64,000 bases of DNA, taken from NCBI GenBank assembly GCA_963728565.1, contig CAVSLC010000010.1, positions 64,001 through 128,000 of the forward strand, written 5' to 3'. Both the position numbers and the translations under genes were made by a program. Shown in pieces: positions 20,143 to 30,779 of the stretch (position 1 is its first letter; each line of letters begins with the position of its first letter). A model generated the notes under the pieces. That model was not told the origin of the DNA and made no database searches. It worked only from the letters and a program-made list of their open reading frames with translations. The stretch comes from an uncultured delta proteobacterium. Its GTDB lineage: Bacteria > Desulfobacterota > Binatia > UBA9968.

Positions 20143-20904
20143 TTACTCGCGCGCATCAGTCGCGCCGGCGCTTGCGCCGATGATCCGATCGGTAATCCAC
20201 TGTAGTAGGAATGATGTAGAAGTTCGCTGCCACGACACGTCGGATAGGCCGTGATCTGCGTCTTTAATCAAACGATGCGTTACCGACCGTGCCCGGGTGA
20301 AAGCGGCCAAGTAATTAGCGATCACCGGATGCGGCACGGTATTGTCCCGCTCGGACTCGACGATCAGCACATCACCGGGAAACGCCGCGCACGCGCGCAG
20401 CGCCCGATTTTCCTCCGGAGCCACGGCCCGCCTGCGGTATGCGCAAAAGTCCGGATCTTCATGAAGCTTGCGCTTGGGCAACTCCCAGCCGGCATCGTTG
20501 TAGAGGGCCGGCGCGCGCAGCGCGACCCAGCGCACCGCTCGCCGAGAGGTCATTATGGCTGCGAGATACGCGCCATAACTGCTGCCGACAACTCCTAGAT
20601 CTGTGGGGTCCAAGCCAGGTTGGCTCGCCAATACATCATAGGCGGCCAAGAGGTCCCTTAGATTGTCTTCACGCGAAACGACCTCTCGTTGTCCATCGCT
20701 ACGCGCGTGACCGCGCAGATCGAAGGTCAAGCAGATAAAACCCAGCTCGGCGACGGCGCGCGCCCGATTGAGGTATTGCTGTTGATTGCCGCCCCAGCCG
20801 TGGACAAACAGCACGGCGGGTCCCGCGCTGACGCCGGCGATCAGCCGGCCCTCGATCCGTTGATCGTCAACCGCGATCTCGATCGGTTCATCATGAATTG
20901 TCAT
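20143..20904 (-). CDS. Alpha/beta hydrolase (S9-like)
   Basis: FVHGWGG, GSSYG nucleophile elbow, D(NTVP) and ADHGL; overlaps the DUF3182 stop. Confidence 0.9.
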   Translation of the reverse strand: MTIHDEPIEIAVDDQRIEGRLIAGVSAGPAVLFVHGWGGNQQQYLNRARAVAELGFICLTFDLRGHARSDGQREVVSREDNLRDLLAAYDVLASQPGLDPTDLGVVGSSYGAYLAAIMTSRRAVRWVALRAPALYNDAGWELPKRKLHEDPDFCAYRRRAVAPEENRALRACAAFPGDVLIVESERDNTVPHPVIANYLAAFTRARSVTHRLIKDADHGLSDVSWQRTSTSFLLQWITDRIIGASAGATDARE

Positions 20905-22039
20905 ACGGCTTGACCTGAGAATATTTGGTGATCGGTCCGACCCGATCATCGATTCCACGGAAATACACCACCGCATCCGGCGGCGCTTGGTTATCGCCAT
21001 AGACTTCGACACATGCTGCGCGCACCGCGCATAGGCTCGGGTCTGCGCGAAAAGCTTCAAGGGCGGCAATCTCCGCAGCGCTGGCACCGCCGATGCGCCA
21101 AGATTGTTCGAGTACGCCGCACGAGCGGCGCCCGTCATCTGCGACGACCTGAGCAACATCGTAGTTGCGCCGGGAGGCTAGCCATCCCGCAAAGGCCCGT
21201 GACGCGGCGGCTTCGTAGGTGCGCGCGTTGTTTATCGCCCATCGCGCCTGTGGCGGCAGCTCGAGTCTGAGCAGATCATCGTAGTCGCCGCGCACTACAA
21301 TTAAATCCGAGCCGCCGTAAACTGTGACGTCGCGGTTGTCTCTGGTCAACAACTGCCTGCCATAGTAGGTCGCCAACAGGTCCGCTACAGAAGTCTGGCC
21401 GACGCTGTAGGTTTCAATCCGATCGAAATTTTGTTCGATCACCGCCCCATAAAGGGCGAGTTCCGCTGGATCGATGTTGTCGAGAAGCGCCTCCAGATCC
21501 GCAGCGGACGTGATCACGGTCTGGCCGCGCCCGCCGATGCCACACGCCGGTTTAAAACGGGCGCGGCCGCGCGCCAGCACCCGTGCCGTTGCGAGGCGCA
21601 GGTCAGCAGGTGCGAATGCGGAAAAGCCAAAAAGAACCACACCCTGAACGCTGCGCGCGAACTCATCTGACCAACCTTCGGGAGCGAACGCGTCGCTCGA
21701 CACTAACGGGTGTGTGATGGTTTTGGTTGCAGCGAACGGATACGGAACGACGCCGCCAAACAAGTCATGATGATCGCGAATACCGAGTTTTCGGATTGAC
21801 TCAGATCCTGTGAGAGTGTCACTCGGAACGAAATACAACGGACCGGCGTAGCGGCGCGCCGCGTCGTAATCTCCGGCGAACTCATAATCCTTCAATGCCG
21901 CGAGCTTTGCCGCAATCATCGAGCGTGTGACGCTCTCGTGTTGAGCCGGCGGCTCGCAGGCACGTTCGGTATATTGAACCACTGCGCCTCGCGGGCACGA
22001 CGAACGAGTCCCGATGTCATCTTTTGTGAGAATCGTCAT
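20891..22039 (-). CDS. DUF3182 family ATP-grasp-like protein
   Basis: LFGGVVPYPFAATKTITHPL, KPACGIGGRGQ, SRRNYDV and LEQSWRIGGAS. Confidence 0.85.
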   Translation of the reverse strand: MTILTKDDIGTRSSCPRGAVVQYTERACEPPAQHESVTRSMIAAKLAALKDYEFAGDYDAARRYAGPLYFVPSDTLTGSESIRKLGIRDHHDLFGGVVPYPFAATKTITHPLVSSDAFAPEGWSDEFARSVQGVVLFGFSAFAPADLRLATARVLARGRARFKPACGIGGRGQTVITSAADLEALLDNIDPAELALYGAVIEQNFDRIETYSVGQTSVADLLATYYGRQLLTRDNRDVTVYGGSDLIVVRGDYDDLLRLELPPQARWAINNARTYEAAASRAFAGWLASRRNYDVAQVVADDGRRSCGVLEQSWRIGGASAAEIAALEAFRADPSLCAVRAACVEVYGDNQAPPDAVVYFRGIDDRVGPITKYSQVKPYDNS

Positions 22040-22478
22040 TTTTCTTTGCAGCGCTTGTGAATGGTCCGCAGCAATCGCATGCCTCTTCTGCGCCGCAAGC
22101 GCACGCCGGCTAAACTGATCGAGTGTCCTAATGTCGGCGCAAAACGAGGGCCATCACAATACTCACGACGCCGCTTCGAATCACCAGGGCCGTGTCCTTA
22201 AATCGGCACACGCCGCATCGGCGTGATCGATCGCGTAATTGAAACATGATTGGTGGTTAATAGTTTCTCCTTTGGGACGATCGAGTAGAAGATGATCTTG
22301 ATCAAGGATCGCTACGCGTAGCAGCATCATTGTTGTTAGTGCTTCGGCATCATCGCGGTCGCAGACAAATCCCGAACGATTGTATGTACCTTCACCAGCA
22401 GCCCGCTTGCGCGTGAGGCGCACACGTCAGATGATCATTGATTCGCCATGTCCGATGTGTGTGCGCGATGTATCCCAG

Positions 22479-22494
22479 TGGCATATTTGTTGCT
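22479..22494 (+). promoter_or_regulatory. Sigma-54 -24/-12 promoter of the glycan cluster
   Basis: TGGCATATTTGTTGCT, about 135 nt upstream of ATG 22630. Confidence 0.78.
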
Positions 22495-22629
22495 GCCGCA
22501 CTCCTTCAGCTGACACCAGCGCACGCTGAACAGAACATTATTCAATCACTTTCGAGTTATCAAAAACTTGGTTCTGTCCCGAGAGTAGCCACACCAGGGA
22601 TAAGAATCCGAGAGGAACTGAGTTGTTGA

Positions 22630-23743
22630 ATGGCTAGAATCCTCATCACCGGCGGAGCTGGATTTATTGGATCTCATTTAGCCGACGAGCTTCTGCACCA
22701 TGGTCATGCCGTCAAAGTACTTCGATCTCCTGTGCTCGCAAGTGCATGGCGCGGGAAAGCAAACGCCTGAATATTTGAATTCTGGTGTCGAACTCGTGCT
22801 TGGCGATGTGCGCGACCGCGCTGCGGTTCAGCGGGCGTTGCAGGGAGTTGACGCGGTCTATCATTTTGCCGCGGCGGTCGGCGTCGGCCAGAGCATGTAC
22901 GAGATCGAGCATTATGCCAGTATCAACGATATCGGCACCGCGGTGCTCCTCGAAGCGCTCATCAAACGTCCAGTCGAACGGCTGATCGTCGCGTCGAGTA
23001 TGAGCGTCTACGGCGAAGGACTTTATCGTTCGCGCCGTGGAAATATTCATAGTGCCGTCGAGCGCAGCCCGACGCAGCTGCGTTCCGCTCGTTGGGATCC
23101 GTTGGATGACGAAGGCGCGGCTCTAGAACCGATCCCCACGCCGGAGACCAAGACGCCGGCGCTCAGTTCGGTTTATGCGCTGTCGAAGTATGTTCAGGAA
23201 CGGATGTGCCTGATGATCGGCCGCGCCTACAATATTTCCACCGTCGCCCTGCGTTTTTTCAACGTGTACGGACCACGCCAGGCGCTATCGAACCCGTATA
23301 CCGGTGTTCTGGCAATTTTCGCCTCTCGTTTGCTCAACGGCAAAGCGCCACTGATTTTTGAGGATGGCGAACAACAACGGGACTTCGTCAATGTCAGAGA
23401 TGTGGTGCAGGCCTGCCGATTGTCTCTCGACGCCGCGGCAGCGCCGGACAACGTTTTCAACATCGGCAGCGGTCAGGCCTTTACTATTTCCGAGTTAGCT
23501 GAACGGATGGCCGACGCACTCGGGAAAAATCTCGAGCCGCAAATCACCGGTAAATATCGCATGGGTGACATACGCCACTGTTTTGCCGATATCGCGCTTG
23601 CCAGGTCGATCCTCGGCTACGCACCCCGGGTAGCGCTCGAAGATGGTGTCATGGAGCTTGCCGAGTGGCTCGAAGGGCAGATTGCCAACGATCACGTCGA
23701 TAGCGCCAGCGCCGAACTGGCAGCTCGAGGATTGACTCTGTGA
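22630..23743 (+). CDS. NAD-dependent epimerase/dehydratase, frameshifted near 22722
   Basis: [16 protein letters not shown] starts at 22630 in a frame missed by the track, then continues [15 protein letters not shown] and NPYTGV. Confidence 0.92.
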
Positions 23744-25932
23744 AGAAGGCGAGGGCCGGTCGAAACGGAGCGGCAGGCATCAAGGCAGATGTCTGCAAGC
23801 ATCCCAGTTTGCGCGCCCAAATCGCCGAAGCCGACAGTGGCGCCGGCGTCCGGATCGGAGTCGTCGAAAGCTTTCGCATCGGCGATCGCGCCGGGGTGGA
23901 AAACGTTCTTGCCGATCTACACGCATTGAGAGTCGCCGACCTCCGTACCACGATATCGTGGGCCGATTGGGACAGCGCCGAAGGCGCAGCCTGGTACAGC
24001 TGGCTCTTGCCGTATTTAGCTAGGCAAGTGAATGTGATTCCGTGCGTGCTCTACACGCCGTTATCGCAGGCGGTGGCGCCGCGTGTGTCCGCGCCGCCTT
24101 GGGATCCCAAGGCCTACGGCGACTTTATCGACGTGCTGATCACCCGTTTGGGCAGCTGTTTTGAATGGATCGAGCTATGGAACGAGCCCGATCGATTGAG
24201 CGAATGGGATCGCACCCTCGATCCGCACTGGCAAACATTCTGCGCCATGATCGGCGGCGCCGCTTATTGGGCGCAGCGCCGCGGCAAGCGCACATTGCTT
24301 GCCGGGCTCAATGCGTTCGACCCTAACTGGCTCGAATTGATGTTCCGGCGCGGCGTGATGCAGTACATCGATGCCGTCGGCATCCATGGATTTCCGGGCA
24401 CCTCTGAAGCCAATTGGGAGAGTTGGCCGGGGGTGGTTCAGAGCGTGCAGCAGATTTTGACGCAGCACCGTTCCGGCGCTGAAATCTGGATCAGCGCCAC
24501 CGGATATTCCACTTGGCGCCACGACGAGTACGAGCAATTGCGCGCCTTCGCCCGGGCTCTGGAAGCGCCGGTGGAGCGACTTTACTGGCTCGGGGCGCGC
24601 GATCTCGACCCGGAATTTTCCACACGCGATGGCTTTCATGCCGACGATCGGGATTATCATTTCGGGCTGCGCCGCAGCGACGGTAGCGAGAAATTACTGG
24701 CGCGACTGTGGGGTGAGGGCGGACTGGACGCGGTCTGTGAAGCGCTCGAACCGCATTCGGGCGCGCGCCGCAGCGCCGCCAAGCCGACACAACCGGTGGT
24801 CATCACCGGCGGCGCCGGTTTTATCGGCACCAATTTGGCGCATCGCCTGGCGAGCGACGGCGAGCGGGTTTTGGTGTTCGATAACTTGTCACGCCCAGGT
24901 GTTGAGCGCAATTTGAGATGGTTGTTGGAAACCCACGCAAAGCGAGTCCAGGTGGAGTTTGCCGACGTGCGCAATCCTTACGCGCTGCGCCGCGCGGTGC
25001 GTAATGCCAAACAGGTATTTCATTTCGCGGCGCAAGTCGCGGTCACCACCAGCTTGGCCAACCCGCGCCACGATTTTGACGTCAACGCGCTTGGAACACT
25101 CAACTTGCTCGAAGCGTTACGCGGCGCCGATGACCCGGCGCCGCTAATATTTACCTCGACCAATAAAGTCTATGGCGGCCTGGACGATGTCCGACTGAGC
25201 TGTGAAGAAGGCGCTTATCACCCGCTCGATCCGTTTTTGCGCGAGCATGGGATCAACGAATCGCGGCCGCTGGATCTGCACAGCCCTTACGGCTGCTCCA
25301 AGGGAGCCGCCGACGAGTACGTCATCGACTACGCCCGAACCTTCGGACTCCCTGCGGCGGTGTTTCGCATGAGCTGCATCTATGGCCCGCATCAAATGGG
25401 CAACGAAGATCAGGGATGGGTGGCGCACTTCTTAATCTGCGCGCTCGAAGACCGCCCGCTGACGCTCTACGGCGACGGCATGCAGGTGCGTGACGTGCTT
25501 TATATCGACGACTTGGTAGAAGCCTTTTTGGCGGCGCGCTCGCAGATGCGCAACATTTCCGGGCAGGCTTTCAACATGGGCGGCGGGCCGCGGCGCGCGC
25601 TGAGCCTTTTAGAGCTCATCGACATGATCGTCGAGCTTCATGGCGAAAGCCCGGCCTGCGAAAGCAGCGACTGGCGCGCCGGAGACCAGCGTTACTATGT
25701 TTCCGATACCCGCAAGTTTCAGAACGCAACCGGTTGGGCGCCGCGCGTCGATCCCGAAGAAGGCGTGCAGAAACTTTATGAATGGTTGCGCCGCGCCCGC
25801 GGCCTGGAACAAGTTCGCGCTCTCGGCGGCGCCTCCCGCAACGGCTCGTTCAGACGGAAAACTGGAATGAGAAGCGGCCTGGTCGCGCAAGATCGACAAG
25901 AACGAGCGGGCAAGGCCTCGCAGCCCTATTGA
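23740..25932 (+). CDS. Fusion of a clan-A glycoside hydrolase-like barrel and a CDP-paratose 2-epimerase-like SDR
   Basis: N-terminal LRTTISWAD, WNEPD and GIHGFPG; C-terminal [25 protein letters not shown] and PYGCSK. Confidence 0.88.
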   Translation: MKKARAGRNGAAGIKADVCKHPSLRAQIAEADSGAGVRIGVVESFRIGDRAGVENVLADLHALRVADLRTTISWADWDSAEGAAWYSWLLPYLARQVNVIPCVLYTPLSQAVAPRVSAPPWDPKAYGDFIDVLITRLGSCFEWIELWNEPDRLSEWDRTLDPHWQTFCAMIGGAAYWAQRRGKRTLLAGLNAFDPNWLELMFRRGVMQYIDAVGIHGFPGTSEANWESWPGVVQSVQQILTQHRSGAEIWISATGYSTWRHDEYEQLRAFARALEAPVERLYWLGARDLDPEFSTRDGFHADDRDYHFGLRRSDGSEKLLARLWGEGGLDAVCEALEPHSGARRSAAKPTQPVVITGGAGFIGTNLAHRLASDGERVLVFDNLSRPGVERNLRWLLETHAKRVQVEFADVRNPYALRRAVRNAKQVFHFAAQVAVTTSLANPRHDFDVNALGTLNLLEALRGADDPAPLIFTSTNKVYGGLDDVRLSCEEGAYHPLDPFLREHGINESRPLDLHSPYGCSKGAADEYVIDYARTFGLPAAVFRMSCIYGPHQMGNEDQGWVAHFLICALEDRPLTLYGDGMQVRDVLYIDDLVEAFLAARSQMRNISGQAFNMGGGPRRALSLLELIDMIVELHGESPACESSDWRAGDQRYYVSDTRKFQNATGWAPRVDPEEGVQKLYEWLRRARGLEQVRALGGASRNGSFRRKTGMRSGLVAQDRQERAGKASQPY

Positions 25933-25935
25933 CCC

Positions 25936-26940
25936 ATGACGCTCGACCATTCTAATCGCCGGACCATGCGCGCGGCACGAATCGTCGCGCCGCGGCAGGT
26001 CGAAATCGATGAAATCGCGGTGCCCGAACCGGGTGCCGGCGAAGTGCGGATTCAAGTGGATGGTTGCGGCGTCTGCGGATCGAACTTATCGCTGTGGCGC
26101 GGCCAGCCCTGGTTTCACTACCCGATCGAACCGGGCGCGCCCGGTCACGAGGGATGGGGGCGGGTTGATCAGGTCGGGGAGCAGGTCGATAGCGTCCGGC
26201 CCGGAGAGCGGGTTGCATTCGTATCCAACCGAGCTTACGCCGAGTACGACATCGCCCGCGCCGACAGCCTGGTGCGCGTTCCTGCAAGCACTGAAATATT
26301 CCCGGGCGAGGCATTGGGCTGCGCGATGAATATTTTTCAGCGCTGCGGCATCGAGCCGGAGCAGACGGTCGCGGTTGTCGGGATCGGATTTTTGGGCGCG
26401 CTCCTGATCCAGCTTGCGGTTGCTGCGGGCGCGCAGGTTCTCGCTATTTCGCGCCGCCCGTTCGCGTTGCAGGTGGCGCGCCGCTACGGCGCTGCAGAGG
26501 CGCTGGCTAGTAGCGATTCGACGGCGGTGATTGCGCGGATCATGGAACGGACCGATGGATCGGGCTGCCCGCGTGTCATCGAAGCCGCCGGCCAGCAGGA
26601 GACGCTCGACCTGGCAAGCGAGCTCGTCGGTATTCGCGGCCGGCTGGTGATTGCGGGCTATCATCAGGACGCGCCGCGCCGGGTGAATATGCAGCTTTGG
26701 AACTGGCGCGGCATCGATGTCATCAACGCTCACGAGCGCGATCCGGGCCGCTATGTCGCAGGGATGAAAGCGGCGGCCGAGCGGGTGGCGCAAGGGGCGC
26801 TGAAGACCGAATCTCTCTACACTCACGGTTTTCCACTCGAGAACATCAGCGCCGCATTTGCCGCGCTCGACGAGCGGCCGGAAGGATTTCTAAAAGCATG
26901 GATACAACCGCGCCCCAATCAGGCGAGCGTCCAAGAATGA
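25936..26940 (+). CDS. Zinc-binding (MDR) dehydrogenase
   Basis: CGVCGS, GHEGWG and VVGIGFLG. Confidence 0.9.
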   Translation: MTLDHSNRRTMRAARIVAPRQVEIDEIAVPEPGAGEVRIQVDGCGVCGSNLSLWRGQPWFHYPIEPGAPGHEGWGRVDQVGEQVDSVRPGERVAFVSNRAYAEYDIARADSLVRVPASTEIFPGEALGCAMNIFQRCGIEPEQTVAVVGIGFLGALLIQLAVAAGAQVLAISRRPFALQVARRYGAAEALASSDSTAVIARIMERTDGSGCPRVIEAAGQQETLDLASELVGIRGRLVIAGYHQDAPRRVNMQLWNWRGIDVINAHERDPGRYVAGMKAAAERVAQGALKTESLYTHGFPLENISAAFAALDERPEGFLKAWIQPRPNQASVQE

Positions 26941-28061
26941 GCAACAGAAAAGTGAGAGTGGCCGTCATCGGCGTCGGAAACTGCGCCTCGTCCCTGGTTC
27001 AGGGAGTGCAATTTTACAAAAGCGCCGATCCCAATCAATTTGTGCCCGGGCTGATGCACGTGAGCCTGGGCGGCTATCACGTGCGCGATGTCGAATTCAG
27101 CGCCGCGTTCGATATCGATAGCAACAAAGTGGGCAAGGACCTGTCGGAGGCGATTTTCGCCGAACCGAACAACACCTACCGCTTTAGCGATGTGCCGCGC
27201 AGCGGCGTAGAAGTTCGGCGCGGCATGACCCATGACGGTCTCGGCAAATACCTGAGCCAAAAAATCCGCAAGGCGCCGGGCTCGACCAGCGATATCGTCG
27301 GAACGCTGCGTTCCACACGCACTGACGTGGTTGTCTCTTACCTGCCGGTGGGTTCCGAGATGGCGACCAAGTGGTACGTCGAGCAGATCCTCGAAGCCGG
27401 ATGCGCGTTCGTCAATTGCATACCGGTATTCATCGCCTCACAGCCCTATTGGCGCAAGCGCTTTAAAGAACGCGGCCTGCCGATCATCGGCGACGACATC
27501 AAATCGCAACTCGGCGCGACGATTACGCACCGGATGCTGGCGAACCTGTTTCGCGAGCGCGGCGTACGCCTGGACCGAACCTATCAACTGAATTTCGGCG
27601 GCAACACCGACTTCCTCAACATGCTCGAACGCGAGCGGCTGGAATCGAAAAAAATTTCCAAAACCAACGCGGTGACCAGCCAGCTCGATTACCCGATGTC
27701 GAGCGATGATGCGCATGTCGGTCCGAGCGACTACGTGCCGTGGCTGCACGACCGCAAGTGGTGCTACATCCGCTTGGAAGGCACCACCTTCGGCAACGTG
27801 CCGCTCAACTGCGAGGTGAAGCTCGAAGTTTGGGATTCGCCCAATTCTGCGGGCGTCGTGATCGACGCGGTGCGCTGCGCCAAACTGGCCCTCGACCGCG
27901 GTATGGGCGGCGCCGTGATCGGCCCGTCGAGTTACTTTATGAAATCGCCGCCGCAGCAATTTACCGATAATGAAGCGCGCGAGCGCACCGAAGCATTCAT
28001 TCGCAATCATCAATCGACGACCGTCAGAGCAACGCCGCGGCCGGTCAGAAAGCGAGCTTGA
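26937..28061 (+). CDS. ino1: Myo-inositol-1-phosphate synthase
   Basis: [39 protein letters not shown] and VWDSPNSAG. Confidence 0.95.
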   Translation: MSNRKVRVAVIGVGNCASSLVQGVQFYKSADPNQFVPGLMHVSLGGYHVRDVEFSAAFDIDSNKVGKDLSEAIFAEPNNTYRFSDVPRSGVEVRRGMTHDGLGKYLSQKIRKAPGSTSDIVGTLRSTRTDVVVSYLPVGSEMATKWYVEQILEAGCAFVNCIPVFIASQPYWRKRFKERGLPIIGDDIKSQLGATITHRMLANLFRERGVRLDRTYQLNFGGNTDFLNMLERERLESKKISKTNAVTSQLDYPMSSDDAHVGPSDYVPWLHDRKWCYIRLEGTTFGNVPLNCEVKLEVWDSPNSAGVVIDAVRCAKLALDRGMGGAVIGPSSYFMKSPPQQFTDNEARERTEAFIRNHQSTTVRATPRPVRKRA

Positions 28062-28120
28062 CGACGCCGCATGAGCGAATCCTCAAGCGTGCGATCCGGA
28101 ATACTGGGAATGGCGGAGAC

Positions 28121-29245
28121 ATGAAGCTGGTTATTTTTGGCCTGACGATCAGCTCGTCTTGGGGCAACGGCCATGCTACGGTTTGGCGCGGCTTGTGTCG
28201 GGAGTTGGCGCGCCTGGGGCACCAGGTGATTTTTTTCGAAAAGAACGTTGCCTATTATGCGGCGCACCGCGATTTTCACGACATTCCCGGCGGCAAGCTC
28301 ATTCTTTATGAGACCTGGAGCGAAGCGCTCTCCCACGCCCGGCAGCATCTGGCCGATGCGGAGGTGGCGATCGTCACGTCCTATTGCCCCGACGGGATGG
28401 CCGCTACCGAGGTCGTTGTCAGCTCGCGGCCGTTGAGGGTCTTCTATGATCTCGACACCCCGGTGACTTTGGAACGGATCGCAGCCGGCCATGGCGTCGG
28501 TTACATCGGCGCTTCGGGATTGCGCGATTTTGACATCGTCTTGAGTTTTACCGGCGGGCGCGCGCTGCTGGACCTCCGGAGCCGGCTCGGCGCCAAGCGG
28601 GCGGTGGCGCTTTACGGCAGTGTTGATCCCGCTGTCCATCGACCGGTAATGGCGCGGGAAAGCTACCGCGCCGACTTGTCGTATATCGGCACTTACGCCG
28701 ATGATCGCCAAGCAATGCTCGACGCGCTCTTTCTCGAGCCGGCGCGGCGCCTGCCGGAGCGGCGTTTTTTAATCGCCGGAGCGCAATACCCGCCGGCCTT
28801 CGCTTGGCTGCAAAACCTTTTTTTCGTGCGCCACATCGCGCCGCCGGATCATCCGGCGCTTTACTCGTCATCACGCCTGACTCTCAACGTCACCCGTCGC
28901 GCCATGGCGCAGTCAGGCTATTGCCCGTCCGGGCGACTCTTCGAAGCTGCGGCATGCGGCACGCCCATCGTCACCGACTGTTGGGCCGGTCTGGAAAGCT
29001 TTTTTCAACCGGGCGAAGAGATCCTCGTAGCGACTCAAACTGCCGATGTTATGGCAGCGTTGGAATTGAGCGATGATCAACTGGCGCGCATTGCCGGGCG
29101 CGCGCGGCAACGCGCTATCGAGGAGCATTGCGCCGCCAGAAGGGCGCGGCAACTCGAAGCCATCCTCGATAGCGTTGCGGCTGATGGGCCGGAGCCGCTT
29201 GCGGGCGCAGCAGAAAATTGCCGTGTCCTGCGGGGAGAAGCCTGA
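28121..29245 (+). CDS. CgeB family glycosyltransferase
   Basis: GLTISSSWGNGHAT, YDLDTP and RLFEAAACG. Confidence 0.9.
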   Translation: MKLVIFGLTISSSWGNGHATVWRGLCRELARLGHQVIFFEKNVAYYAAHRDFHDIPGGKLILYETWSEALSHARQHLADAEVAIVTSYCPDGMAATEVVVSSRPLRVFYDLDTPVTLERIAAGHGVGYIGASGLRDFDIVLSFTGGRALLDLRSRLGAKRAVALYGSVDPAVHRPVMARESYRADLSYIGTYADDRQAMLDALFLEPARRLPERRFLIAGAQYPPAFAWLQNLFFVRHIAPPDHPALYSSSRLTLNVTRRAMAQSGYCPSGRLFEAAACGTPIVTDCWAGLESFFQPGEEILVATQTADVMAALELSDDQLARIAGRARQRAIEEHCAARRARQLEAILDSVAADGPEPLAGAAENCRVLRGEA

Positions 29246-29247
29246 GA

Positions 29248-30003
29248 ATGTGGGGAATCATTCCGGCCGCCGGTGCCGGCCGCCGAATTCAACCGCTGGC
29301 GTTTTCTAAAGAACTGCTGCCGGTAGGGAGCCGCTTCGATGGCGAGACCGAGCGGCCTCGGGCGGTCAGCGAATACATTATGGAACGCATGGTTCGGGCC
29401 GGCGCCAGCCGAATCTGCTTCATTATCTCGCCCGGCAAATGTGACATTCTCGAATACTACGGCGCCAGCTTCGGGCCTGCGCGTTTGTGTTATGTTGTGC
29501 AGCCCCAGGCGTCGGGTTTGTGCGACGCGCTGTTCTGCGCGCTGCCGCTAATCGGCGCCGATGACCCGGTGATGATCGGCCTGCCCGATACCATCTGGTT
29601 TCCAGAAGATGGTTTCTGCTCACTACCGCGCGATGCTTTAGCGTTTCTGCTTTTTCCCGTGAGCCGTCCAGAATTGTTCGACGCCGTTCTGACCGACGAA
29701 GTGGGTCGCGTGCGCCAGATTCGGGTCAAGTCGCGTGAGCCGTTATCGCAGTGGGTGTGGGGCGCCTTCCAGATGCCCGGTTCTGTCATGATCAAGCTGC
29801 ATGAGTTGTGGTGCCGGCGCGGTCGCGCCGACGAGTACGTAGGCACTCTGGTCAATGCCTATCTCGGCGAAGGCGGTCAGGCATGGGGCATCCGCGCCGG
29901 CAGCGCTTATGTCGATGTTGGCACTCTGTACGGTTACCGGGAAGCGATCCGGCTGCTCAGCGGTTCCGAGCAGCGCTCAGAACTTCAGGAGATCAAAGCG
30001 TGA
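29248..30003 (+). CDS. Sugar-phosphate nucleotidyltransferase
   Basis: IIPAAGAGRRIQPLAFSKELLP and YVDVGT. Confidence 0.9.
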   Translation: MWGIIPAAGAGRRIQPLAFSKELLPVGSRFDGETERPRAVSEYIMERMVRAGASRICFIISPGKCDILEYYGASFGPARLCYVVQPQASGLCDALFCALPLIGADDPVMIGLPDTIWFPEDGFCSLPRDALAFLLFPVSRPELFDAVLTDEVGRVRQIRVKSREPLSQWVWGAFQMPGSVMIKLHELWCRRGRADEYVGTLVNAYLGEGGQAWGIRAGSAYVDVGTLYGYREAIRLLSGSEQRSELQEIKA

Positions 30004-30779
30004 ATCGGCTTGCGGTTCCTCGGCGGAAGATGACCCGCGATGAAATCGAAACTCAAGTGCGCCGGCTCGGCCCCTGGTTTCACAACCTCGATCTGGCGGG
30101 CGTGCAGACCGCCCCGGAGCATTTTCTTGGAGATTACCCGCGCGTGAAGTGGCAACGCTTTGCCCACGCGATCCCCGACAATCTCGCGGACAAAACGGTT
30201 CTCGACATCGGTTGCAATGGCGGCTTTTACTCCATCGAGATGAAACGCCGTGGCGCGGCGCGGGTGGTCGGCATCGATTCGGACGATGACTATTTGCTTC
30301 AGGCGCGCCTGGCCGCGGAGATCTGCGGCGTTGACATCGAGCTCCGCAAGCTTTCGGTCTACGATGTCGGCGCGCTGGCGGAGAAGTTCGATGTCGTGCT
30401 CTTCATGGGCGTTCTCTATCATCTGCGCCACCCGCTGCTGGCTCTGGATTTGATTCGCCGACATGTGGCCAAGGATTTGTTCGTCTTTCAATCGATGCAA
30501 CGTGGCAGCAATGAAGTCGCCTCTCTGGAGGACGACTATGAATTCTGGAACGAGGATATTTTCGAGAAGCCCGGGTTCCCGCGCTTGTGCTTCATCGAAA
30601 AAAAATACTCCGGCGATCCGACCAACTGGTGGGTGCCCAATCGCGCCTGCAGCGAGGCGATGCTGCGCAGCGCCGGTTTCACCATCGAAGCCAATCCCGA
30701 AGCCGAAGTGTACGTCTGCCGGTGCGCGGCAATCACTGCTGGCGGCCGTCACTGGCCCGGCGAAATAAAGGAGCCCTAA
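30000..30779 (+). CDS. TIGR04290-family SAM methyltransferase
   Basis: GPWFHNLDL, TAPEHFLGDYP, LDIGCNGG, GVLYHLRHP and DPTNWW. Confidence 0.9.
   Translation: MNRLAVPRRKMTRDEIETQVRRLGPWFHNLDLAGVQTAPEHFLGDYPRVKWQRFAHAIPDNLADKTVLDIGCNGGFYSIEMKRRGAARVVGIDSDDDYLLQARLAAEICGVDIELRKLSVYDVGALAEKFDVVLFMGVLYHLRHPLLALDLIRRHVAKDLFVFQSMQRGSNEVASLEDDYEFWNEDIFEKPGFPRLCFIEKKYSGDPTNWWVPNRACSEAMLRSAGFTIEANPEAEVYVCRCAAITAGGRHWPGEIKEP

Noticed and set aside
22181-22629. Short ORFs in the divergent control region (22181-22423, 22438-22629)
   Set aside because: No RBS or motifs, and one overlaps the sigma-54 promoter.
26697-26936. N-terminal extensions of track ORFs (ino1, methyltransferase, actF, ctaE, galM and others)
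   Set aside because: They overlap upstream genes; downstream starts with an RBS or stop/start coupling fit family lengths better.
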